Shown here in pieces: positions 22,682-32,034 of a DNA stretch of 64,000 bases; the first letter of the stretch is position 1, and every line of letters starts with the position of its first letter. A program made the position numbers and the translations under genes. Below the pieces are notes generated by a model, which searched no databases, was not told the origin of the DNA, and worked only from the letters and a program-made list of their open reading frames with translations. This stretch comes from an uncultured Thermoanaerobaculia bacterium (GTDB lineage: Bacteria > Acidobacteriota > Thermoanaerobaculia > Thermoanaerobaculales > Sulfomarinibacteraceae), in contig CAYTTB010000006.1 in the NCBI GenBank assembly GCA_964440565.1, positions 3,199 to 67,198 on the forward strand, read 5' to 3'.

Positions 22682-23604
22682 GGTGGCCCGACTGCTTCAT
22701 CGTCGGAGCCCCCAAGTGCGGCACCACCACCCTGTACGAATGGCTGGCCGCGCACCCCCAGGCGTACATGTCCGACCCCAAGGAGCCCAACTTCTTCTCC
22801 ACCGACCTCTCCCGCTGGTGCTGGATCCGCGACGAGCGCCGGTACCTCGAGCTGTTCGCGGATGCCCGCCCCCACCACCGGGTGGTGGGTGAGGCGTCCA
22901 CCCAGTACCTGATGTCGCGGGAGGCCGTGCCGGCCATCCTCCGCCGGTGCCCCGACGCGCGGATGGTGGTGGCGCTCCGGGACCCCGTGGCCATGTTCCT
23001 CTCGTACCACAACCAGGCGCTGGCCGCCTTGCTCGAGGACCGGACGGATCCGCGGGAGGCGTGGGAGCTCTCCGCCCGCCGCCGGCGCGGCCTCGACGTG
23101 CCGCCAGCGTGCGACGAGCCGAGGCTCCTCGACTACCCCGAGGTCTGCGCCACGGGATCGCAGCTCGAGCGCCTCCTCGCCACGGTGCCGCGCGATCGGG
23201 TGCTGGTCCTGTTCCTCGACGACATCGCCGCCGATCCCAGGAGAACCTACCTCCGCCTGCTCCGCTTCCTCGGCCTCGACGACGATGGCCGCACCGAGTT
23301 CGGGGCGCGCAACGTCGCGTACCGGCTGCGCGTGCCCTGGATCTCGCGGCTCGACGGGGTCATCGGCCGGATCGGACGGCGGCCGGATCCGCTCGGGCGG
23401 GCCGTGGCCGCGGCGGTGGCGGCGGTCCGTCCCTTGGGCCGGGCGCTCCACCGGTGGAACCGGATTCCGGCCCCCCGGCGCGAGGTCTCGCCCGGGTTCC
23501 TGGCCAGCCTGCGCGAGCACTTCCTCCCCGAGGTGGAGCGGATCGAGGCGCTCACCGGGCGGGATCTCACCGCCTGGAAGCGGGGCCCGAGTCAGGGAAG
23601 CTGA
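22678..23604 (+). CDS. PAPS-dependent sulfotransferase
   Basis: 5'-PSB loop FIVGAPKCGTTTLYEWL, and 3'-PB motif VVALRDPVAMFLSYHNQ. GTG 22678 overlaps the Wzx stop. Confidence 0.8.
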   Translation: MRWPDCFIVGAPKCGTTTLYEWLAAHPQAYMSDPKEPNFFSTDLSRWCWIRDERRYLELFADARPHHRVVGEASTQYLMSREAVPAILRRCPDARMVVALRDPVAMFLSYHNQALAALLEDRTDPREAWELSARRRRGLDVPPACDEPRLLDYPEVCATGSQLERLLATVPRDRVLVLFLDDIAADPRRTYLRLLRFLGLDDDGRTEFGARNVAYRLRVPWISRLDGVIGRIGRRPDPLGRAVAAAVAAVRPLGRALHRWNRIPAPRREVSPGFLASLREHFLPEVERIEALTGRDLTAWKRGPSQGS

Positions 23605-24595
23605 GCGTCCCTCCCCGCGGCGCCCTCCCACCCGGTCCGTACAGGTGGCGCTTGTGGAGGTAGAGGAGACGCTCCTGGTTGAGGCGGATCCTGTCGAACA
23701 TGTCGGCGAGCAGGCCCACCCCCGCCACCAGGATCCCGGCGAGATCGAGCCCCCCGCCCACGAACCCGAGCACCTTGTACGGGGTCAGCGCCCCCGTGCT
23801 CAGGTAGTGGTGGAGGAGGAAGCCCAGCGCCGCGGTGCCCAGCGCCACGAGCACGGCGGCGAGCGCCCCGAAGAAGCGGAGCGGCCGGTAGTCCCGCGTG
23901 GTCCTGGCGACGATGGCGAGGCTCTGGAGGGCGTAGCGGACGAGGTTGCCCGCGACGCGCGACCGCCGGCCGGGGAAGTACCGGACCCGCACCGCGACCT
24001 CCTCGACCCGCAGCCCCTTGAAGGAGAGGTCGAGGATCGTCTCCTGGGTGTAGGTGAAGGTCCCGAACAGGTTGAGGTGGAGCAGCGCCTCGCGCGAGTA
24101 GGCGCGGAAGCCGCACGAGACGTCGCCCAGGCGTACGCCGCACAGCACCCGCAGCAGCCGGGCCATCCACAGGTTGCCCCAGTACTTGGCCAGGGGCATC
24201 CCGGCCGGACGGCGCGGCCGGCCCCGGAACCTGTTGCCGGTCACGAGATCCGCCCGCCCCTCGACGATGGGGGCCACCAGCTCCGGGATCTGGGCGGGAT
24301 CGAACTGGCCGTCCGCGTCCACCGTGACCAGCACGTCGGCCCCGTCGTCGAGCGCCACCTCGAGAGCGGTGCGGAACGCCCGGCCCACCCCCTCGTTGCG
24401 CCGGTGGCGCACGACCCGCGCGCCGTGCGCGACGGCCACCTCGGCGGTGCGGTCGGCGCTGCCGTCGTCCACGACCACGACCGCCGCCGCGGGCATCGCC
24501 TCCTGGACGGCGTCCACGACGCCGCCGACCGTCGCCTCCTCGTCGTACGCCGGCACGGCCACCACCACGCGGAGGTCACCCGAGGTCGGGCTCAT
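23567..24595 (-). CDS. GT2 polyprenyl-phosphate glycosyltransferase (DPM1/ArnC-like) with C-terminal TM helices
   Basis: Starts at the MSPTSGDL part of track ORF 23567..26254. Motifs: VVAVPAYDEE, VVVDDGSADRT, TVDADGQ (DXD). Two C-terminal TM helices. ATG 24595 overlaps the upstream stop by 4 nt. Confidence 0.85.
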   Translation of the reverse strand: MSPTSGDLRVVVAVPAYDEEATVGGVVDAVQEAMPAAAVVVVDDGSADRTAEVAVAHGARVVRHRRNEGVGRAFRTALEVALDDGADVLVTVDADGQFDPAQIPELVAPIVEGRADLVTGNRFRGRPRRPAGMPLAKYWGNLWMARLLRVLCGVRLGDVSCGFRAYSREALLHLNLFGTFTYTQETILDLSFKGLRVEEVAVRVRYFPGRRSRVAGNLVRYALQSLAIVARTTRDYRPLRFFGALAAVLVALGTAALGFLLHHYLSTGALTPYKVLGFVGGGLDLAGILVAGVGLLADMFDRIRLNQERLLYLHKRHLYGPGGRAPRGGTLSFPDSGPASRR

Positions 24596-26199
24596 CGCGC
24601 CGCCCCCGCGATCCGCGCCAGCGGGCTGCCCGGCGCGAACAGCCCCGGCGGCGCGTGGCGCACCACCCAGGGCAGGCCGTTGGCCAGGAACAGGAGGATC
24701 ACCCCGCACGCCACCGCCACCCGCATCCGGCCCCGGAACGGCCGCAGCACGCTGTCGGCGACGAGGAGGGCGGCGGGCACCAGCACCGGGAACAGGTACC
24801 GCCCCTGCACGCCGAGCAGCGGAGCGTGGGTCCTGAGGTAGTGCGTGTAGTTGAACCATCCCACCAGGATCAGGTAGTACCCAGCCACCAGCGCCGCGAG
24901 GCCGGCCCAGATCCGCTCCTCGCCCCGCAGCGAGAACCGGCGCACCCAGAGCACGAAGGCGGCGAACAGGAACGTGTCGAGAGCGGCGAGGGAGCGCGGC
25001 GAGCGCACCAGCGAGACGTGCGCCTGCACCCCGAACATGGTTGGCTCCAGCGCCCGATGCCACACCTCCCGCAGGTACGCCCAGAGCGGCAGGAGCTCCG
25101 GGCGTGCCAGCCGGTACATCCGCTCGTTGTCGAGCAGCCTCCGCGCGTGGTCGCGATCCCCGGGGTTCCGGATACGCGCGGTCTCGCGCCACGCCTGGGC
25201 GTAGCTCATCCGCCCCTCCAGGTACTGTCGGAACACCCAGTCCCGCGCGAAGATCCGGTTCTCCAGGCACTGATCCAGTGTCAGCACCTGGGTGCACCCC
25301 GGCACCAGCCGCCCGAAGCGGACCAGGTTCCCGCCGTAGAGGACCACACCCGTCGCGGCCGCGAGACTCACCGCCGCCGCCAGCGCCAGCGCCGCGGGCC
25401 GGAGCGCGCGGAGCGCCCCCCACGCCTCCCCCACGCTCGTCCACAGCTGGCGCCAGGCCATCGCCGGAACGAGCACGGCGAGCAGCGCCGCCACGGGCAG
25501 GAAGGTCACTTTCGTGAGGCACCCCAGGGCGCCCCACAGGCCGAGCCGGAGCAACGGCCGCCAGCCGGGTTCCCGGACCAGCGACACCGCCTCCAGCACC
25601 GCCAGCGTCGCGAGCAGGTTGGTGAGGTTGTCGTAGCTCACGGAGGCGCCGAGGAACACGAACATGGAGACCCCGCCCAGGATCCCCGCCAGCGCGGCCC
25701 ACACCGTGGGATCCCGCGACACGCGGCGGGCCAGCGCGAGGCCCGCGAGCACCGTCAGCAGCGCCAGCGCGGCGTCGAGCAGGCGCAGCGGCACCGTGGG
25801 ATCGGTATCCGCGGGCAGCGCCGCGGCCGCGGCACCCATCACCACGTAGTAGAGGTTCGGCGTGTGGCTCACGAGTCCCAGCCGGTACGACGCCGGCGAG
25901 TCGGCGACCGAGAGCGCCGGGAACTGCCGGCGGTACAGCTCGACGATCCCCAGGTGGGTGCTCTCGTCCGGAGGCACGCCAGCCGGCACCGACACCGCCA
26001 CCAGGACCAGCTGCACCGCGAGCCAGGCCACCGTCGCAGCCACGAGCCAGCGCATCACCCGCTCCCGGCGCCCGCCCGCGCCGCCGGCCACGTCGTCCCC
26101 GTGCCGCATCCCGTCCACCCTCCCGAGCATACCGTCGCCTCCGCTGGCACACCCGCCCGCGGCGCCCGCCACGGTCCCTCTCCGCTCGCCCCCCGTCAC
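24592..26199 (-). CDS. GT-C fold membrane glycosyltransferase (ArnT/PMT_2-like)
   Basis: Multi-pass membrane protein with an acidic first-loop motif (VPPDESTHLG), paired with the GT2 downstream. GTG 26199 forms a GTGA overlap with the upstream stop, and the Gly-rich N-terminal extension keeps high GC3. ATG 26055 (MRWLVAAT) is an alternative start. Confidence 0.65.
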   Translation of the reverse strand: MTGGERRGTVAGAAGGCASGGDGMLGRVDGMRHGDDVAGGAGGRRERVMRWLVAATVAWLAVQLVLVAVSVPAGVPPDESTHLGIVELYRRQFPALSVADSPASYRLGLVSHTPNLYYVVMGAAAAALPADTDPTVPLRLLDAALALLTVLAGLALARRVSRDPTVWAALAGILGGVSMFVFLGASVSYDNLTNLLATLAVLEAVSLVREPGWRPLLRLGLWGALGCLTKVTFLPVAALLAVLVPAMAWRQLWTSVGEAWGALRALRPAALALAAAVSLAAATGVVLYGGNLVRFGRLVPGCTQVLTLDQCLENRIFARDWVFRQYLEGRMSYAQAWRETARIRNPGDRDHARRLLDNERMYRLARPELLPLWAYLREVWHRALEPTMFGVQAHVSLVRSPRSLAALDTFLFAAFVLWVRRFSLRGEERIWAGLAALVAGYYLILVGWFNYTHYLRTHAPLLGVQGRYLFPVLVPAALLVADSVLRPFRGRMRVAVACGVILLFLANGLPWVVRHAPPGLFAPGSPLARIAGAAR

Positions 26200-28124
26200 C
26201 GCGTGCCTCTCCGCCGCGCCGCCCGCACCCGCTCCAGGTTCTCGCGCATCGCACGGTCCTCCGGCCGGAGCGCCACCGCCCGCTCGAGCAGCCGCTGGGC
26301 CCGTTCCAGCCGGCCCTCGCGGTAGGCGATGAAGGCGAGCTCGTTGAGCGCCGCCACGTTCTCCGGCTCCAGCGCCAGGAGCCGCTCGAACGCCCGCTCG
26401 GCGGCGTCGAGACGTCCGCGCTCGAGCTCCAGGCTTCCCAGCCTCCCGAGAAGCCGCGCCCGCGGCCCCCCCAGGGCCAGGGTTCTCCGGATGTTCTCGA
26501 TCTCGAGCTCCGGCCGGCCGAGAAGCGCCAGGAACCGCCCGAGGATCAGGCCGTCGTCGGGACGCCGGGGCCGGGGCAGGCGCCCGGGGTCACCGAGGTC
26601 AACCTCCGGCACGCCGGGATAGGCCGAGGTCAGGACCCAGAACGAGGCGGCCGTGTCGAGGTAGACGAGCCGCCACCGTCGGTCGCGCGCCACCTCGGGC
26701 ACGATGGCCGCCGCCTCGGGCGAGGTGTGCGCGAGCAGCAGCCCCCGGATCCCGTAGCGCGCCACCACCCGTCGCCACGCGCCCGGCCGCCGCGAGTCGC
26801 GAAGGACCTCCTCGAGGGCCCGGGGCTCGTACACCTCCCACCGCCCATCGGTCAGCGGCAGGCGCCCGGGATACCCCCAGTACAGGTAGAAGCCACCGAG
26901 CGTGTTGGAGTTGAGCACGTTCCCGCGGAAGCCGATCCGGTCCAGGAAGGCGGGCAGGCGGTGCGGGAAGAACGATGGCGTGGCCCCGAGGCCGAACCGT
27001 GCCGGGATCTCCATGTGGAGGTAGTAGCCCCCGGAGAGGGGGTACCACGCCCACCCCAGTGACGCCGCGATGGCCACCGCCGCGCCCGCACGGCGCAGTG
27101 CCGGTCCGGGCGAGGGCAGCGCGGCCGCGGCCTCGGCCACCAGCGGCGCGGCCACGAGCGCGAACAGCACCACGTTGCGGCGCCCGGTGAGCGCAGCGGC
27201 CAGGAGGGCGGCGGCGATGGCCAGCCGGGGCCAGGCCTCCCGCCGCCGCACGAGCGCCACCGCCGCCGCCGTGGCCAGGGCGACCAGGCCGGCGAAGAAC
27301 CAGAACGCGGGCGAGGAGCGTGCGGCCGTTCCCAGCACCGGCGAGAGCTCCCCCAGACCCGCGAACACGGCCGGTCCCCGCCCCCCGGCCTCGGTCGCCA
27401 GGAGGACGGCGTACCGCCAGCCGGCGAGCGGATGCGGCGAGAGCAGCGTACCCCCCGCGATCACGGCGAGCGCCGCCAGGCGGCCCCGGCGGTCGCGCAG
27501 CGCCACCCGACCGCCGGGCAGCCACGCATCCAGCGCGTAGCAGAGCGCCATGAAGGGACCGAGGACGAACAGCCCGTGGGCGTTGGTCCAGACCGCCCCC
27601 AGCGCGCCCAGGGCGACGAGGCCGGTGGGCGAACGCCACGCGCGCCGCTCGAGCAGGAGCCAGGTCCAGGCGATACCCACGTACGTGACCAGCTCCGGCC
27701 GCGGCAGGAACCGCTCCACGGAGGCCATCGCCGCGAGCCAGGCGAGCGCGGCCGCCGGGGCCGCGGCCACCCGGCGCCGGCACGCCCGGTACACCGCGAC
27801 GAGCGCGACCGTCCAGAGCGCCACCGCGAGCGCCTCCACCCCCGCCATCCCCGCCACCCGGTCCGCGAGCGCCGCCACCACCTGGAACAGCCAGTGGGAG
27901 TCGTGGTACGGCCGGCCGAGCCCCAGGACCGTGTACCGGTCCACACGCGGAATCGCGAGGCGCGCCAGGATGTCGCGCCCGATGGCGACCTGCCACCAGA
28001 CATCGAGCGAGTACACCTCGCACACCAGGAAGGCGAGGACGCCGGCGGCCGCCGCGGCCGGGACCGCCGCCTCGAGGCGGGACCTCCGCCCGCCGGAGAT
28101 CCCGCCCTCAGTGCGCCCGGGCAT
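26196..28124 (-). CDS. large multi-pass membrane protein with C-terminal TPR repeats (putative GT-C-like)
   Basis: 642 aa with about 10 hydrophobic segments. The C-terminal TPR region reads LGSLELERGRLDAAERAFERLLALEPENVAALNELAFIAYREGRLERAQRLLERAVALRP. No catalytic family is confidently recognised. Confidence 0.65.
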   Translation of the reverse strand: MPGRTEGGISGGRRSRLEAAVPAAAAAGVLAFLVCEVYSLDVWWQVAIGRDILARLAIPRVDRYTVLGLGRPYHDSHWLFQVVAALADRVAGMAGVEALAVALWTVALVAVYRACRRRVAAAPAAALAWLAAMASVERFLPRPELVTYVGIAWTWLLLERRAWRSPTGLVALGALGAVWTNAHGLFVLGPFMALCYALDAWLPGGRVALRDRRGRLAALAVIAGGTLLSPHPLAGWRYAVLLATEAGGRGPAVFAGLGELSPVLGTAARSSPAFWFFAGLVALATAAAVALVRRREAWPRLAIAAALLAAALTGRRNVVLFALVAAPLVAEAAAALPSPGPALRRAGAAVAIAASLGWAWYPLSGGYYLHMEIPARFGLGATPSFFPHRLPAFLDRIGFRGNVLNSNTLGGFYLYWGYPGRLPLTDGRWEVYEPRALEEVLRDSRRPGAWRRVVARYGIRGLLLAHTSPEAAAIVPEVARDRRWRLVYLDTAASFWVLTSAYPGVPEVDLGDPGRLPRPRRPDDGLILGRFLALLGRPELEIENIRRTLALGGPRARLLGRLGSLELERGRLDAAERAFERLLALEPENVAALNELAFIAYREGRLERAQRLLERAVALRPEDRAMRENLERVRAARRRGTR

Positions 28125-29784
28125 GTCCCCCCTCCATCGCCCGGAGCCTCGCCGCCACCCGGCGAGCCACCTCGGCGAGCTCGGGGGGTGCGACGCGGAG
28201 GAAACGCCGGTACAGGCGCACCGCCTCCTCCATCTCCCCGCGTCGCTCGAGCGCCTGCGCCAGGTTGTAGACGGCCTCGGCGTTCTGCGGATCGAGGCGC
28301 ACCGCCTCCCGGAACTCCTCGAGGGCCCGGTCGGCGAGGCCGGCGTCGTTGTACGCGGCGCCGAGCTGGTTGTGCGCCCAGGAGGAGTCGGGGGCGAGCT
28401 CCACCGCGCGCTTCAGCGGCGCGATCGCCTCGAGCGGCCTGCCGTGGACGCCGAGGTACGTGCCGAGGTTGAACCACGGACGGAACGTGCCGGGCGCCTT
28501 CCGGGCGGTGTCCCACCGGAGGGCCACCGGGTCCGCCCACACCTCGTTCCGGGCCCGCGTCGCTCCCGCGAGTGCCGCCGCCGCCACCACCGCCGCCACC
28601 GCCGCCGCGCGCCACCACCGGCGCGGCATCTCCGCGAGCACCACCGCGACCAGCAGCACCAGGGCCGTCATGGGGAGGTACATGCGGTGCTCGAACATCA
28701 GCTCGAGGTTGAGCGGCCCCGCCTCGAGCAGGTGCCACTCCAGGTAGGCGAGGAGGGGGAACCCGTACCGCGGACGCCGCCGGGCGAGCGCCACCGCCGC
28801 GACCACGATCCCGGCCCAGACCACCGCTGCGGCGAGCGTGGCCGGGGGGTCGAGAAGGCCCCGCGACACCGTCACCTCGTGCTCCAGGGCGAGCCGCCCC
28901 GGCGAGGGCCAGAGCAGGAGCCCCAGGTACTCGAGCTGCACCCGCAGCTGGGTCAGCATCCGCTCGAGCCCGTCGTAATCGCGGTTCGGCCACCTGTGGA
29001 GCAGCCCCACCGTGCCGGGTCCCATGGCGCGCCACAGCGCCGCCACCCCCGCCGCAACGACGAGCGGACCGGCCACGACGGCCGCCCGCCTCCGAGCGGC
29101 GGGCATCTCCCGCCACCGCCGCCGCCACTCCCCGCCGTGTACGGTCACCTCGTACGTCGCGAGCACGAGCGGCAGGAGCACCGCGTTCTCCTTGCTGCCC
29201 AGCGCGAGCAGCCACGACACCACCGACAGCGCCGCCACCGCCAGGCGCCGGCGGCCCGCCGGCAGGCCACGGGCCTCCAGGTAGGCCGCCATGGAGAGCA
29301 CGCAGAACAGGGCCGCCAGCGACGCCATCCGCTGCACGACGTACGTCACCGCCTGCGTGCCCAGCGGATGCAGCAGGAAGAGCGCGGTGGCCAGGCCCGC
29401 GGCCACCGCGGGCGGCATCCCACCGTCGCGCTCGACCGCCGGGGCCGTCCGCCGGAGGTACACCATCGCGAGCCAGAGCAGCGCCGGCCCCATGAGGAGA
29501 TGGATCGCGAGATTCACGACGTGGTAGCCGTGCGGATCCAGCCCGCCGGCGAGGTAGTTGAGGGCCAGCGTGAGGTTGGCCACCACCCGGCGTGGGTTGG
29601 GCGTGGCCTCCACGAGGGCGCGGACCCACCGCCCCGAGATGGACGTCCAGTGGACTCCGGGCGCCTCGATGATGTTGGGGGCGTCGTCCAGCACGAAGCC
29701 CGCCCGGAGCGCCGGGGCGTACGCCCATGCCGTGACCAGGAGCGCGCCGGCGAGGACGGCGACGGCGGCCCGCCGGCCACTCAT
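28108..29784 (-). CDS. TMTC/PMT-like membrane protein (DUF1736-type) with C-terminal TPR repeats
   Basis: Real start taken as ATG 29784 (MSGRRAAVAVLAGALLV); the upstream 156 codons of track ORF 28108..30252 are junk. It has the FVLDDAPNI loop motif typical of TPR-containing protein O-mannosyltransferase-like proteins, and TPRs at the C-terminus (WAHNQLGAAYNDAGLADRALEEFREAVRLDPQNAEAVYNLAQALERRG). Confidence 0.7.
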   Translation of the reverse strand: MSGRRAAVAVLAGALLVTAWAYAPALRAGFVLDDAPNIIEAPGVHWTSISGRWVRALVEATPNPRRVVANLTLALNYLAGGLDPHGYHVVNLAIHLLMGPALLWLAMVYLRRTAPAVERDGGMPPAVAAGLATALFLLHPLGTQAVTYVVQRMASLAALFCVLSMAAYLEARGLPAGRRRLAVAALSVVSWLLALGSKENAVLLPLVLATYEVTVHGGEWRRRWREMPAARRRAAVVAGPLVVAAGVAALWRAMGPGTVGLLHRWPNRDYDGLERMLTQLRVQLEYLGLLLWPSPGRLALEHEVTVSRGLLDPPATLAAAVVWAGIVVAAVALARRRPRYGFPLLAYLEWHLLEAGPLNLELMFEHRMYLPMTALVLLVAVVLAEMPRRWWRAAAVAAVVAAAALAGATRARNEVWADPVALRWDTARKAPGTFRPWFNLGTYLGVHGRPLEAIAPLKRAVELAPDSSWAHNQLGAAYNDAGLADRALEEFREAVRLDPQNAEAVYNLAQALERRGEMEEAVRLYRRFLRVAPPELAEVARRVAARLRAMEGGHARAH

Positions 29785-30038
29785 TCCGAACGCCCCTCCC
29801 CGCCCACGGTCACCTCCGGATCCCGATCCCGGTGTGCCGGCGCTCGCCGCACCCCGCCCTCCCGGCACGTGGACATCATACCGGGGCCCCGCGGCGCTCC
29901 GGCCCGGCCACGCCTCGGCACCCCACCTCCCGCCCCGGCCCGGACCGGGCCGCCCCGAGGTTGCGGAATACTCCGCACCCACGCTGCGCCCGGTGCGGGA
30001 AAACCCGGATCCTGGAGCCCGTGCGGCGGCGGCTGCGG

Positions 30039-30054
30039 TGGCACGGGCCTTGCG
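30039..30054 (+). promoter_or_regulatory. sigma-54 (-24/-12) promoter for the pentaheme small cytochrome
   Basis: TGGCACGGGCCTTGCG versus consensus TGGCACG-N4-TTGCW, with one mismatch at the last base. It lies 26 nt before ATG 30080, and GGAGG at 30069-30073 serves as the RBS. Confidence 0.7.
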
Positions 30055-30079
30055 TGGCCGTGCACGCCGGAGGCGTAAC

Positions 30080-30784
30080 ATGGGACGGTGGCGATACACC
30101 CTGATCGCGCTGGTGGCGGTCGCGGTGGGGATCGCGTCGGTGGTGCTGGCGGGGTCGGTGGCCGGCACCAAGCACGATCTCTCGACCAACTTCGACCAGT
30201 ACTCCAACCGCGTGTGCGTGTACTGCCACACGCCACACTTCGCCAACACCACGTTGAGCTACCAGGCCCCGCTGTGGAACCGCTACGTGGACGTCTCCAA
30301 GACGTTCACGCCGTACTCGAGCGACACCATGGACACCACCCCGGGCGACGTGCGGACCACGGTCTCCATCCTCTGCCTCGGCTGCCACGACGGCACGCTG
30401 GGGACCGCGGTGGTCAACGGGTACACCGGCAGCGACAAGCACGACCTGGTCAACGCCCCCGGCCCCGGCGGCATCCCCGACACCACCTCCTGGCCCAACT
30501 GCGAGCGGTGCCACCCCGACAAGTACCACGGCGGCCCACCCGTGCAGTGGATCGGGACCGACCTCTCCAACGATCACCCCATCACCATCTCCTACCCGAC
30601 CCCCTCGCAGGACCCCGACTTCACCACTCCCCCCGATCCCGTCAGCGGCTGGAGCGACGTTCCGCTCTATGACGGTCGCATCGAGTGCCCCACCTGCCAC
30701 GAGCCCCACGACGCCACGTACGCCCCGTTCCTGCGGATGGACAACCAGAACAGCGCCCTCTGCACGCGCTGCCACGTCAAGTGA
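30080..30784 (+). CDS. small pentaheme c-type cytochrome (paralog family with 51018..51665 and 55436..56116)
   Basis: 234 aa with an N-terminal signal/TM. Five CXXCH motifs: CVYCH, CLGCH, CERCH, CPTCH, CTRCH. Shared family motifs: GTKHDLS, VCVYCHTPH, PLWN, LCLGCHDGT, GTDLSNDHPI, and the C-terminal NSALCTRCHVK. Confidence 0.85.
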   Translation: MGRWRYTLIALVAVAVGIASVVLAGSVAGTKHDLSTNFDQYSNRVCVYCHTPHFANTTLSYQAPLWNRYVDVSKTFTPYSSDTMDTTPGDVRTTVSILCLGCHDGTLGTAVVNGYTGSDKHDLVNAPGPGGIPDTTSWPNCERCHPDKYHGGPPVQWIGTDLSNDHPITISYPTPSQDPDFTTPPDPVSGWSDVPLYDGRIECPTCHEPHDATYAPFLRMDNQNSALCTRCHVK

Positions 30785-31967
30785 CCGCGGGCGGCTCGGC
30801 CCCCGCCCCGCGGGAGGCCGCGGCCCGGACCGGTACCCGGGAGGACACGAAGTGGGCGGTGCCCCGCCGCTCGAGACAGCGCCGGAGGGCCCCCACCACC
30901 TCGGGATCGAACTGGCTCCCCGCGCACCGCTCGATCTCCTCGAGCGCCGCCTCGGGAGTGCGCCGCCTCCGGTACGGCCGCGGCATGACCATGGCGTCGA
31001 AGGCGTCGCAGACGCCGATGACGCGGCTCTCCAGCGGGATCTCGTTCCCGCGGAGACCGTCGGGATAGCCGCTTCCGTCGAGACGCTCGTGGTGCCCCCG
31101 GATCAGCGGTGCGAGATCGCTCAGCAGCGGAATCTCGCCCACCATCTCGGCCCCGAGGACCGGGTGGCGGCGGACCAGAAGCCACTCGGCGGAGCTCAGC
31201 GATCCCGCCTTGTTGAGGACCCGCTCCGGCACGCCGATCTTGCCGATGTCGTGGAGCGAGGCCGCGACCTCCAGCCGCCGGAGGCTCGCCCACCCGAGGC
31301 CCAGCTCTTCCCCGAGGTGGGCGCTCAGGTGAGCCACCCGCGCCGAGTGGCCCCGGGTCACCGCGTCCTTGGCCTCGAGCGCGGTGGCGAGGCCGCGGAT
31401 GATGCCCAGGAGGTTGCGGGCCTCGGCCTCCCGGTACCGCCTGCACCTGAGCCCCAGCGCCAGGCTCGCCGCCAGCGCCTCGGCGGCCAGCAGGTCGTCC
31501 TCCCCGAGCGCCCGGGGCTCCGGGCTCGCCAGCGTGAGTACGCCGAGGAGCTGCCCCTGGTACTCGATGGGCACGCTCACCGCGCTCAGGCGCTCGTACC
31601 CGAGCGCCGAGACCGGGGTGAACCTCCGGTCGGCCGTGATGTCGTGCACGAGGACCGGGCGCCCGAGCGCGGCCACGTACCCCGAGAGCCCCTCTCCCAG
31701 GACCACCTCGCCCCGGCCCGCACCACCGCCCCCGTCGAGCCCGCGCGCCGCGGCCACGCGGAGCTTGCGGCCGTCGTCGTCCACGACGAGCAGCAGGCCC
31801 ACGGGTACGCCCAGGTGGCGGCACGCGGCCTCCAGCGCCTCGTCGTGCGCCCTCTCGCTGTCTCCCACCAGGCAGTGCCCCGCCTCGGCCACCGAGCGCA
31901 GGCGGGCCACCGCACGCGCCGCCACCTCTTCAGGCCCCCCCACTGGCCGCTGCGGATCGTTACCCAA
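30777..31967 (-). CDS. GAF domain-containing HD-GYP phosphohydrolase (c-di-GMP phosphodiesterase type)
   Basis: N-terminal GAF domain (GEGLSGYVAALGRPVLVHDITADRRF). The HD-GYP domain carries HSARVAHLS, LHDIGKIGVP and HHERLDGSGYPDGL. TTG start at 31967 lies 5 nt after GGAGGG. Its stop overlaps the convergent cytochrome stop by 8 nt. Confidence 0.88.
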   Translation of the reverse strand: MGNDPQRPVGGPEEVAARAVARLRSVAEAGHCLVGDSERAHDEALEAACRHLGVPVGLLLVVDDDGRKLRVAAARGLDGGGGAGRGEVVLGEGLSGYVAALGRPVLVHDITADRRFTPVSALGYERLSAVSVPIEYQGQLLGVLTLASPEPRALGEDDLLAAEALAASLALGLRCRRYREAEARNLLGIIRGLATALEAKDAVTRGHSARVAHLSAHLGEELGLGWASLRRLEVAASLHDIGKIGVPERVLNKAGSLSSAEWLLVRRHPVLGAEMVGEIPLLSDLAPLIRGHHERLDGSGYPDGLRGNEIPLESRVIGVCDAFDAMVMPRPYRRRRTPEAALEEIERCAGSQFDPEVVGALRRCLERRGTAHFVSSRVPVRAAASRGAGAEPPAVT

Positions 31968-32034
31968 GGACGCCCTCCACGATGGGCGAGAATCCGCACG
32001 CCGGGCGCGCGACGCCCACCGTGAGGTTCCTTCA

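Noticed and set aside
29785-30252. N-terminal 156 codons of track ORF 28108..30252, and the upstream parts of ORFs 29558..30784, 50736..51665, 32058..33854 and 40991..42268
   Set aside because: Each true gene begins at an internal Met/Val with a signal peptide or conserved N-terminus and an RBS. The upstream stretches cross intergenic promoter regions and are compositionally non-protein-like.
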